Of a stretch of 64,000 nucleotides of DNA, positions 47,053-58,513 are shown piece after piece. Within the stretch, counting starts at the first letter, position 1. Each line of letters begins with the position of its first letter. The stretch is taken from contig MCFE01000188.1 of NCBI GenBank assembly GCA_002104905.1, positions 73,537-137,536 on the forward strand, written 5' to 3'. Both the position numbers and the translations under genes were made by a program. Source of the DNA: Basidiobolus meristosporus CBS 931.73. Its lineage: Eukaryota; Fungi; Basidiobolomycota. The notes under the pieces were generated by a model, which worked only from the letters and a program-made list of their open reading frames with translations, ran no database searches and was not told the DNA's origin.

Positions 47053-50000
47053 TGTTGAAATATTGGACTATTTGGTATCAATCAGCAGCTAAATATTTAC
47101 TTAGCAGTTCTAGACAAGTCTTAGCCACTGTAGGACTCATTTACTGCCTTAACTTTGCCACTTTCTCCAGATATATGAACTTATGATTATTCCCCTATAG
47201 TCAGGATCAAATTAGCACTATTACCAAACATTATGTACTAACCCTGAAACTGTTACAGAATGCTCCTGAATATTGAGAAACCCTCCCTACTTAGTGTTAC
47301 AGCTGTATTACTTCTACAAAGGTATAAATACTGAGCTTCTTTATGAATAAACAACAGTTCAACTATTATCACTATTTCTTGATAAGTTCCTTATATCCAA
47401 ATCACTTCTTAAATTGCAACAGGTTATGGGCCCCAATTGCCTTAATCTATTCTGAAGATGACTTCTACCAGCACACAAAGCAATGCCAAGATCTTCCCTG
47501 TAAAGGAGAGGTTTGATGGGAAGAACCACAGACTTTGGAGAATCAAGATGCAGATCCACCTTGAGGAAGGAAAGCTTTGGAACATAGTAACAGGAAAGGA
47601 AGTTGAGTCCAAAGGAATAGCAGAAGATGTGGAGAAGTTTCAAGAGAAGGAGAGAAAGGCCTTCAATGCCATATGCATCTATGTGTAAGACTCCTTCATT
47701 GGACAAATTCATGCCTCAAATACTGCCAAAGCAGCATGGGAATCCTTAGAGAAGATCTTTAGTGCAAAGTCAGTATCAAACAAGCTTTATTTGAAACAAA
47801 AGTTCTTCAACATGAGGAAGAAGCCAGATTATGACATGCTACAACTCATTACCAGAATGGAGACACTTGCAGAAGAACTTTACAGTATTCATGCTGGTGT
47901 AGATGATGAAGAAAAGATACTCTGTCTGCTTTGCAGCCTACCAGACAAGTATGAGCCACTCATACTTTCTTTTGAAAGCAGAGAAGACAACTTGACTTTA
48001 GACTATGTCAAAGGACAACTTCTCCATGAAGAACTCAGATGTAATGGTCAAGCAGAGAAAATTGAAGATAATGCTTTATTCAGTTCAGAAAGGCACACAG
48101 AAAAGAAGGGAAATCAACAAAGCCAAAGAAAACCTGGCTGCTGTAACCACTGTAAAAAGCCAGGACACTGAGCAAGACAATGCAAGTAGAAACAAGCAGA
48201 CAAAAAACAGAAACTAGAGCAGGCACACCATATAACTACTGATGAGCAGTTATTTGTAACTGTACAAGAGAGTGCAAGTAACCAAAGTAATGAATGGTGT
48301 ATTGACTCTGGAGCATCACAGCATATTTGTGGTGTAAAGGATTGGTTCAGCAACTTAAAGACTATTCCTGTACGAAAGGTTTATCTGGGAGATAACACTG
48401 CATTGGAAGCTACCACCAGTGGGTCTATACAACTAAATATGAGTGATAACTTGGGGGCAACAACAGCAAAACTGACTGACGTACTCTAAGTACCTGGAAT
48501 AGCTAAGAACCTACTCTCAGTCAGTAAAGCAACTACTCAGGGACTGAAATTTGTTTTTACTAAGCTGAGCTGCTCAATATTGAGTGAAAATGGACAAAAA
48601 TTAGCTTTAGGAATCAGAGTTCACAGTATATACAAGTTACAATGCTAGATCATTGTACCTGAGTATATCAACATTGCTGGAACTGATGAAACCATCTGGG
48701 AGACGTGGCATAGGAGGCTACGACACATAGGGGAACAGAAAATGAGCCAATTGGTGAAAAATCAGCTTGTTTTGGGCCTAAAATACTCAATTCCAATCAA
48801 ATTGAATGTTTGTAAGGGATATTTATATGGCAAACAAGCTAGGCAACGTCTCAAGAGCTCAGAATGCATCAATACCACCGAAATATTGGCTATTGTACAC
48901 TCAGACATATGTGGCCCCATGAGAACACTGTCCTTTGGAGCCAAGAGATACTTTATGACTTTTATTGATGAAAAGACAAGATATACATGGATGTACTTTC
49001 TCAAAACAAAGGATGAAGCTTTAGAGACATTTAAGACTTCAAGAACATGGCAGAAAGACAGACTAGGTGTAAATTGAAGGTACTACAAAGTGACAATGGA
49101 GGAGAATACTGCTCAATGGAGTTTTCAAAATACTGCTTGTCTACTGGTATACTTCAACAGACCACAGTTCCTCATACTCCACAGCAAAATGGAGTAGCAG
49201 AACATGCAAATAGAACTGTTGTGTTGTATTATGATTAGTTTGGGGCTTGTTCTACAATGTAGAGGCTAATCAACAATATACAACAACTTCCAGTATGCTA
49301 ATACTGAAATAGTTTATTGAGAGTTTGATATACCAATAGAAGATATAACTTTCACTAATTTCCTCAATCTTGGGCTCAAAATATACTGTAGGCAGTGTTT
49401 ATCACTTCTACAGCAGTGTTCTGACCTTCTGTCAACTAATGGGCTTATTTACTTTTATAGTAACTTTTCCTTATTTGGAAGTCACTTTCCTTTCTGAGAA
49501 AATATTTCCTAATATGGAAATTCTGAACTCCCCTTTAACCTAAAGGGGTGTGTTGTAGAAGTCTCTAAAGGGGTCTTTAGACCTAAAGGGGTGTCTAAAG
49601 GGGTGTCTTTAGAGTAAAGGGGTTTCTTAGAGGGGACTTTTCCAACAGAAAAGTGGTAGTTTCTTGTAGAACTTAGATTGGATTCTTGTGAGCTTTGCAG
49701 TCTCTTTACTGATGTAGTACTGATCAAAGTCAGAATACTCAACAGTGCAAGTGATGCAGGGGAAGTCTTATAACCTTTAAACTTGTAATTGTAGTGTGGA
49801 GATTCTGGAAAGAGAGGCTCTCCCTTTATTTTTCAGCTGGGGAAGTCATATATATGAAAATTTTGAAGGATCAAAGTTTTTGGGCGATTGCGCAAGCAAT
49901 ACACGTGATACGAAGCTAAAATTTTGCAGTGGCGCAGATCGGACATAGGCGCAGCACCTGTGAAAATTTCATGTGATTTGATTGGCTAGTTCAAAAGTGA

Positions 50001-50945
50001 CACGCGATCAAAGTCACCATAGTAATTCTAGCAATAAGGCATAGTATATATAATAGTTGGACTCTTTTAGTCATAACTCCTTAAGTGCTGCTTCAAATGA
50101 GCTGTAATTTGAAACATGTGTTGGCTACTACGTGTTCTGTATGACATAATATTCTTGGGTGGATTGTATGTCAGGGTCTGGAGCATTTGCTCTTCAAAGT
50201 TGGAAATTCTTGATCTTTCTCTTGTGTGTTACAATAGCAAAAAGCAAAATAAAGAAATGAGTGCAATATAGGTTTAGAGATATTGTAGTAATGGAATACT
50301 TTCCATTACCACAGAACAATAGTAGAGATGGGAAGATCTATGCTACATGATAAGGGAATGGACTACAAGTTTTGGGCTGAATCTGTTGCTACTGCTGTAT
50401 ACATTGAGAACAGATCCCCAACAACAGCACTATGTGATTCTTAACCCTTTGAAGCATATACAGGCTAAAAACCAGATCTCCAGCATCTCAAGATCTTTGC
50501 CAGTGATGTTTTTTATCACATCCCTGACAAAAAACGCTCAAAGTTGGAACCAAAGAGTAGGAAACGGATCTTCCTTGGCTATTTTGAAGATACTAAAGGG
50601 TACAGAGTGTATGATGGCAAAATTCAGAAGCTGATCAAGAGCAGGGACATTGTATTTGAGGAGAACAGATCAGAAAGCCACAGAAATCATTGGCCAGCTG
50701 CCTGATGATGCAATTAACACTAATGAAGAAGATACGTACCAAATCCAGCTAGATATGGAAGAAACTTCTACCAGTTCCAGATCAGAACAGATTATCTCAG
50801 TTAGGAGATCTACCAGAATAAGAAATGCTCCTGGATCCTGGTGGCAGACATCCAATGATCATGAAGAAGCTTATCTTGCCTTATGTACTGAACCTCAGAA
50901 TCTGGAACAGGCAATGCAAAGTCCAGATGCCACTAAGTGGCAACA
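47053..50945 (+). mobile_element. Copia-B 5' half (LTR 47053-47421, PBS GGTTATGGGCCC, gag to integrase, with stops) inserted in the Gypsy RT
   Basis: Highly similar to 35711-38510 and interrupted by the 49217 solo LTR. Confidence 0.92.
49217..50313 (+). mobile_element. Solo LTR, 1097 bp, 4-bp TSD GAAC
   Basis: TGTTGT...ACCACA termini. GAAC at 49213-49216 and 50314-50317. Copia integrase ..ANRTIVEMG.. rejoins across it. Confidence 0.8.
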
Positions 50946-51540
50946 GAGGAGCAAACTTTATGGCAAAGACATTGGAAGCTTACCTGGAAATGCAGCACAT
51001 TAGACATGTAAAAACCTTGGCATATCACCCTAAAACCAATGGAGTCACTGAGCAATTTAATGGGTTATTTGGAAAAATGCAACCATATATGCAAATGGAG
51101 TTGTCAGAGGATGGGATGAGTATATAGACCAATCACTCTTTGCATGCAGAGTTAGAGTACACAACACCACCCAACAATTGCCATTTTACTTAGTGTATGG
51201 ATGTGAACCAAGGATTCCAGGAGTTTTCACACAACCAAAGCTTACAGATGCCTTAGTATATGAGCTCAGGTAGCCACGTAGACACCAGCAGCTGGAACAA
51301 AGATGTCAAGAGGCACAGGCCAAAGTATCTCAAAGTGCAGAATAGATGAAGCAGAGATTTGATAAGACTATATCACCAGAATCATTGACGGCTGTAAACT
51401 TTGAATTGCTGAGAAACAATACTTGGAAGAAGCTTGAGCCCCAATGGATGGGACCTTTTAAGATCATCAGAGAATGTCTATTTGCTACTTACTAACTAGT
51501 GGACGAGCTAGGGAATATCCAGGAGGAGCCAGATAACTGA
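50946..51540 (+). pseudogene. Gypsy integrase core and C-terminal remnant
   Basis: RGANFMAK..AYHPKTNGVTEQFNG..PFYLVYG..LEPQWMGPFKI. Confidence 0.8.
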
Positions 51541-54522
51541 TATATTTTGAGCCTATCTCCTCTAACTACAGTACCACAAATGAGCCCAGTCAAATCCCTA
51601 CATGCAATGAGACAACACCCGTTGAAACAAATGCCAAGGATACTTTATGGAGCCAAGTGAGCCCAGTAATCCATCTACTGGTGAATGATGTAATGTTGTA
51701 GCTAGAGAAGTGGTGTGTTTCCACTAATATCAGTAATGGGGGATTTGAGGATTTATTACTACTTCTTGCCAAAATCATTCCAAGATGTGACTTACCATGT
51801 ACACAGTACAAGTTGACAACCATCATGTGGCTGGCAACATATGATCCAGAGACTGCCTTGATTCCAGCATTTGTTAACAGTTGCATGGCATTCACATCCA
51901 AAAATGCCACCATTGCAGTGTGTCCAGATTATCAGGAATCCTCCACCATTGAGGGAAAGCCTTTTTTACACTCTATAAATATTCCAGTAATACCCTATCT
52001 AAAAAAGCTAATGTAGTCCAACAAATATTGCAAAGCTATACAGTACTGCGCTGAGCATCAATCAAGCACAAGCATATCCAATAAATTTAATGGCATATAT
52101 TACAAACAGCTAAGAAGCAAGGGCTACTTTGAAGGTATGTATGACCATGCCTTTGCCATAGCACTTGATAGATTCTCATTAAACAAGTACGCTACCAGTA
52201 AATCTTGATGGCCACTGATTCTCATCAATCTGATATACAAATGCAAAAACTGGATGAATTGAATATGTACTTATTCAAGTGGTATTCTGAAGCCATGCCT
52301 ACCAAGAGTACATTGGAAGCACCGGTGTGGTAGGGTAAACATACCTCCTACAGACAAGTTTATTCATATAGTCATTATGATATACTTATCCATATTTTAT
52401 CTTATCAGTATTATCCCATTCTTCTTTTGCCCATATTATCAGTATTATCCCCATATGATGTTTACCCTGATTAGTTATTAGCATTAGTTATCCCAGATGT
52501 TATTCAGCTTTGTGATCAGTAGATGTATCTATATAAGGCAAGTACCCGCGTCAGTACCCGTGACACATGACCTAGGTCTGCATTACCATCCCTACCATTT
52601 CAATACCATATATGGTATTTCTATGTTGCACAGGTATCAGACTACTGATTCCTGATTAGTTGAGAGTGCTGTGCCTTTTAGAGCCTTCCAGGACATTCTT
52701 GGCATATTTTTAGCTCATAGTGATGTCATCAAGAATTCCACTGATACCTAGAATCTTCTAGAACCTTGTCATTAGTAATCACTTGGCAATCAGGAAAAGT
52801 ATTTAAGGGAAAGCAATCCCTCATCAATAAATCATCCCTTCTATCAGTAAACCTCTACCTTATTGATTAGCAGTTGATCACTGCACCTGCCTTCAACAGT
52901 ATATCTCAGACCTGCAATCAAGGAGCTTTTCAGGGTAGTGCACAAGACACACAGAGGCCTTTGGAGACACTTGGAGCACCTAGGAAGCTAGAGAAGCAGG
53001 AGCTTTTTCAATAGTGACATATTGACAAAGACACCAGCAGTTTAGACCCAGAGGTTATTGCACCCATCAGACACCTCACACACCTTGAGTTGTGTAGCTT
53101 CTCCCAGGAGTACCTCTACACCACCACACTGGGAGTTATTTGTGGACAGTGTAGGAATATTTATTCAGAAGCAGATCACAAATGCCAGCTTGATGCATCT
53201 ACAGCTGTTGTGCAAGAAGTTTCTAACAAGATTTGAGCGGATCTACCGAAAACACAAAGCTGAACACCTAGATCTCTGGCGCTGCTGTATCTATTTTCTA
53301 CTTCATCTTGCTTGGTGTGTGTGGGATATTGGGCCTTGCTTCACCTTTTTGGAGTTTCCTATGGAGAGGATGTGTGGGGAGATAGCAAGAGAAGTCAAAT
53401 TACAAGCACTACCCTATCCTAATCTCATCAAGAATATTACCTTCAAGTCCATCATGGATGTGATGAGTTGGCACATGGAGGACAGCCAGGAAGAGTTAGA
53501 AAATACTGTGGACAGATGTGCACATGGAGACACCTATGCCTATGGCATTAAGTAGCTTAGCAGCCCCAATGCATGGGCAATCAGTCAAGTAATGCAAAGT
53601 TGGGTTGGGTGCAACAATCAACTAATTTTTATTAGGAAAACACTCCCAAGGTATGCCAGATTTCTCACGGTCACAAGCAAACTTCTACACCATTCTATAT
53701 GGAATTCACCCAAACAAGTGCTAGAGCACACCCATAAAGGGAGCTAGAATCCAGCAGGGAGAAGGAATATAATGGCTAAATACCAAGAAGTACTTCATGG
53801 ATATTCAGGAGGCATTTATAGCAGAATTGGCACCAACAAAGTATATGTTTGCAAGATGTTTATGTTACAAGCAGTACAAGGTATAGGGAAACTTTGCAAG
53901 AATCACACTAAAAAGCTGTAATGTTGAGGTGATAGTAGTATGTCAATTGCAGCAGGCATGTGCATTTGTAGAGGTTAGTAGGCAGGAGGCCATATTTTTT
54001 TTGATTCAAACTATATGCGGAATACCCAAGGTAGTAGTGGGTAAGCAAATAAAGAGGGGTGATTCTACAGTGGAATATATGAATTGCACAAGGGGAGGTA
54101 GAAAAAGGAAATACCATTTGGTAAGTTGGTACAGAAGTATTAAGCAGAACTAGCTGCAAGCCACCATACTGCTGTAATAATGTCATTAGAGTATTATTGT
54201 GAGGCTGCTGAAATACCATCAAGATTTTGCCATATAGGGCAATTGGATATTCTAGCCAGTTAAATCCATTTAAATTAGTTGTGGAGCGCATTAAGGCCGT
54301 AATAATGCCATGTAATTATTGTCACAGCACCAATCACACTCTGTCAGGTTCTTGTAACTTTATTTGTGAGTAAAATTAGCAAAACACTGTTGTGATCCCA
54401 TCACATGATTGTTAAGATGGTCACTAATTCTAAGCTACTGGTATTATGAGAGTCTCAAAACAGGATCCTGATGACTGAGCTGGATTGGATCAACCTGCAG
54501 GACCAAATTATTTCTTGTAGGG
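51540..54522 (+). mobile_element. CMC copy B1: transposase (+, internally deleted) and transposase-side terminus
   Basis: Reverse complement of 9830-12570. GPCFTFLEFPMERMCGE at ~53330. Terminus ATTTCTTGTAGGG ends at 54522 and is followed by TTAA. Confidence 0.8.
52326..53128 (+). mobile_element. Solo LTR (~800-bp family), 4-bp TSD CCGG/CTGG
   Basis: TGTGGT...ACCACA termini and homology to 51-854. The transposase ..HWKH/WEL.. sequence rejoins across it. Confidence 0.85.
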
Positions 54523-56923
54523 TTAACATCAAGCCCATTCCAACACTCAACAAATAATTTTGTTACAATCTACCACTCAACAAGTATTTCTGCTGTAACA
54601 CTCTGCTTCCATGTCATTGGCAGGAACCCTATGGCTATATGCCACTATTTATTCACTGATTCTCATATATCCTAGTCTTCAGTCAGCACTGCAAGGTCTA
54701 GCACTTCATCTGCCAGTTGTTGCAATAGATCCTTGCAATATTCCAGTGCATTCTCTTGAGCACTGCTCTTAAAGAAGGGCTGCAACCTCTTGGTGTGCCT
54801 ATTAATGCTCCAAAACTGCACTGAAGGCATTGTGATAACCTTTTGCGTTCTAGATGTTGTAGTCTTGTTGGTCAGTGGGATCTCCACTCTGTAAACAATG
54901 GAGGACATGGAGGCAATGATAGACAAATTGCCTTTCTTTGCATGCTCATTTACCTCCCTGGAGTGTAGCTCAACTGGCTGGGCTTCCAACTCTTGTGAGA
55001 ACAGCTGTTTTCTTATTGGTAATTCTTCTGGGCTATGATGGGATTCAGTCTGTTCTGGGCTTATGATGTTAATTGGCAAGAACTACCACTTTTCTCTTAT
55101 GCTTCTCTGTCTCTAACTTGGGTAAACCACTTCCTTTTGCCTTTCCTTTATCTCTGCCTGGTCTTTCACTGCTACTTTATCTGAGTGCTTCTGGTAATGC
55201 ATTCTGTTTTCTCCCAGATAAATGCTGCTATGATGCATCTGTTTGGCCTGCTTGTCCCATGCTGCACTCTGCAGGCAACCTGATGCTCCTTTCTACTTGT
55301 TTTAATCTCTCAGCCAAAGTTGTGATGGGCTCCTGAGGGAGCTGCTGGCTTTTATCACTGCCAGAGCTTTCACTACTACTTTGACTGAGTGCTGCTTACT
55401 TAACACTACACTTCATCCTTGATAAATGTTTTGCTGGTGCATCTGTGTCTGCCTGATTGTCCCTGATTGGCACTCATCAAGCTACCTGATGTCTCTTTGA
55501 CGCTTGTTTGAAGCTTTTGGCCCTGCTTGTAACCGGCTCTTGAGGAAGGCACTGGTTCTTAGCCATTGCACCACTGTTCTTCTTCCTTCAATAGTTTCTG
55601 CAATACATTAGATACTTTCTTAGCATACCAATGCTGGCCCAAATCTGTTTGCTTGTTTGAATCCAGGATAATGCTCATGGAACAAGTGAAGCACACTCTG
55701 TTTGGCCTTGAGCTCCTGATGGTCCCATGGTATACTGGCCTTATGGTGTTTGCAAGCTAGGCATATAATGACTCATGAGTATTAGCCCACTCTTCATCTT
55801 TGCACACAATGGCTTTGCAGGTCTTCAGTCTTATGATTTTAGGCTTTGGTACTAATACTACAGTTTCTCCCTCCTATGCTGTTATGGGCTTTTCTATGAG
55901 CTTTATCTTTGGGCACTGCTGTTGTGCTTCAAAGACTGTATGGTGTTCCTCTGCTGTTACATTGGGAAATGGCTTCATTCTTTCCTGTGACATTGAGCTA
56001 TTTGAGCTTGTTCTTTGCCGCAAAGTGATCACTTTCTCTACTTGGGATACTGATTGATCTACATGTATTATCTCCTCATCCTGTGTTTGAGCTATTTCCT
56101 GATTTCTCTGAGCCATTGCATCTATCCTATCAGCCACAGCACCTGATTGCCTCATTAATGATTTGGTATGAGCTGACAACATACTTGCTAATATGGGTGG
56201 TGGTGATGTTATGACAGCAACTTGCTGGTCTTCAACTGAATGTTCTGCTTTTACTACATTCTCATCTGCCTGAACATTATGGTCAGCTTCCAGCTCCACA
56301 GAGATTCTGAATCTCCTACCTGACCAAGAGGCTAAAGAGTCTGCATTATTACCTTCAGTGGGCACACTGTCAATATGGCCTTTGTTGGTTGTAGCCTTGC
56401 TTGTTGCACTGAGTGGTAGAGCAAGCTGTTGTCCAACCATTCTCCTGCTGCTGTTGGTGGTTGGGTTTAGTTGGCAACCAGACAACTTTGCTTCATTTAT
56501 TGATTGTATATATATGGAAGTGAGTCAAACCAAAGGGGAAATAGTGTTACATATACTTGTGTATGTGGTGCCACAACTTTATTTATAATACTTACTATGG
56601 CAGGTCATCATTGAATCTTACATTTGAGTAGGTGCAATGTCTCAAGTACTAGGCTGTAATAAATTCACATGAGTATTGACCAAAAAGTGATATTATAGTG
56701 TTATGTTGTTTAAGGTCAAACTGTTTACCCCAAGGACAAGACTACTTTGATTCAATGTCATAAGAGAAGAGAAAAAAGACCATGTGGCTATTGTGACAAG
56801 CCTATCAGTCATGAAGCACACAGACAGCATAGGAAGTAATACAAGGATCATGGCCAGTGTTTTGCCACACAAGTCATATTTGACCATTCATCAGTCACTT
56901 CTGTACTAATATTATCTTGCCAG
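54523..56923 (-). mobile_element. CMC copy B2: ORF2 (-), intergenic region and transposase start
   Basis: ORFs 54672-55079 and 55874-56485 are homologous to ORF2. The transposase N-terminus (HKRREKRPCGYC) is at ~56760 on +. Confidence 0.8.
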
Positions 56924-57922
56924 TGTAGTGGGGTGACAGTGACACCCACTGACAGATGTGCTCATTCCCATATTTTCTACTTCCCTATATCTCTACCACA
57001 CTCATTTTAGTTTTATCCCATTTGTCTTACTTGATCAGTACTATCCCATAAGGCAGTTGACTATCACACCTGCTTACCTTATTGCAGAAGTTATCCCTCA
57101 CTTTATGTAAGATTACTAGCTATAAGTACTTCTATATCAGGCAAGTACCTGTGACAGTACCTGTGACACATGATCAACCCATATCACCATCCCTACCATT
57201 TCCATACCATATATGGTGTCCCTATGTTACACACATTTCAGAGTACTGATTCCTGATTGTTTGGATGTGCTGTGCCCCTTAGAACCTTCCAGCACCTACT
57301 TAGAACATTATTAGGTCATTCTGATGTCATCAAGATTTTTATTGATATCTGGAACCTTGTGGAACACAATGAATAGTAATCACTTAGCTAGTAAGAAAAG
57401 TATATAAGGGAGGCTATCCCTCAACAATAAATCATCATCCCTTTTATCAATATACCAACTTGTTGATTAGTGTGATCACTGCTACCTGCCGCTACCTGAA
57501 CTTCCAACCCCGGACCACGGGACACTCCCAGGAAACCGTGCTGACAGCTAACTGATCTTGGAGGCACTACTTGTGAGGAATACTCAGAGTAGGTATCTTT
57601 TACTATATTTGATTCTTTCCCAAGTTTGTTGTTGTACAGGGAAAGATACTTTTCTGTCTTTGTAACTATTGACCACAGCTGCATTCTTATCAAGTCCCTG
57701 CTGGTGGAGTTTACAGTTGTTTTGACTTTGGAAGCTTTAGTACATTGTCATCTCAAAGGATGCTGAACCCAGCACATACTTTTGTTATGACACCAAATAA
57801 GTTGGGGATTGTAGCTCAATAGTTTTCCCTTGACAAGCTTGTGACTTTATTCCCCATCACATTAGATTAGAGGCAGAACCCAAGTATTGCTAGCAAGCTT
57901 TTGCCAGAGGTTATTACACCCA
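56924..57922 (+). mobile_element. LTR plus 5' UTR of a chromovirus relative (host of the full-length chromovirus)
   Basis: Starts TGTAGTGG. 57130-57480 resembles the ~800-bp LTR family. 57575-57825 is homologous to the chromovirus leader (reverse complement of 62980-63225). Confidence 0.65.
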
Positions 57923-58436
57923 GTGAATGTTATGAATAGACACAAGGCAGGAGGAAAAGCTAGGCACAGCAGGAAAGGACTTAGGTGTGGACCATCAAGG
58001 CAAGGCAGGATTCAAGGCAAGGCTGTTTATTCAAGACCTGTGTTTATCAGACTGAGGAATACTAAAGGGGGGATAGGACTATATATACTTTTTTGCCTAT
58101 ACTGATGCCGAGAGATATTAGCTAATACTAATGGGGTTGTGGGGTGAGGCACAGCAATGGTGCTGGGGATAATGACATAGATGACACAGCACTGAGACAG
58201 GATGGGGAAATGGATTGGGTCACCTGATCATGTGACCTGGTATTTCCATATATGGTACTGGACTATGAAAAATACGATGGAAAGCTTCCATGGAATGTTC
58301 CATTGTGTAACAATGGTTTGGAATGGTCAGGAGCTTTCTGGAAGGTGGTAGAAGGTTCCAGAAGGAATCTCTTAGAAATTGAGCTAGGAAGCTGAAACTT
58401 GGCATGGGTGTTCATGGTTGTCATGTGATCATGACA

Positions 58437-58451
58437 CTATTCTCCTCTTCC
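58437..58451 (-). other. Polypurine tract GGAAGAGGAGAATAG
   Basis: Directly abuts the 3' LTR on the minus strand. Confidence 0.9.
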
Positions 58452-58513
58452 AGGCAAAGCTCTGTTTCCCTTTGGGGCAGGTTTTGCAGGATATTGTTGG
58501 TGGAACTGGGTGA

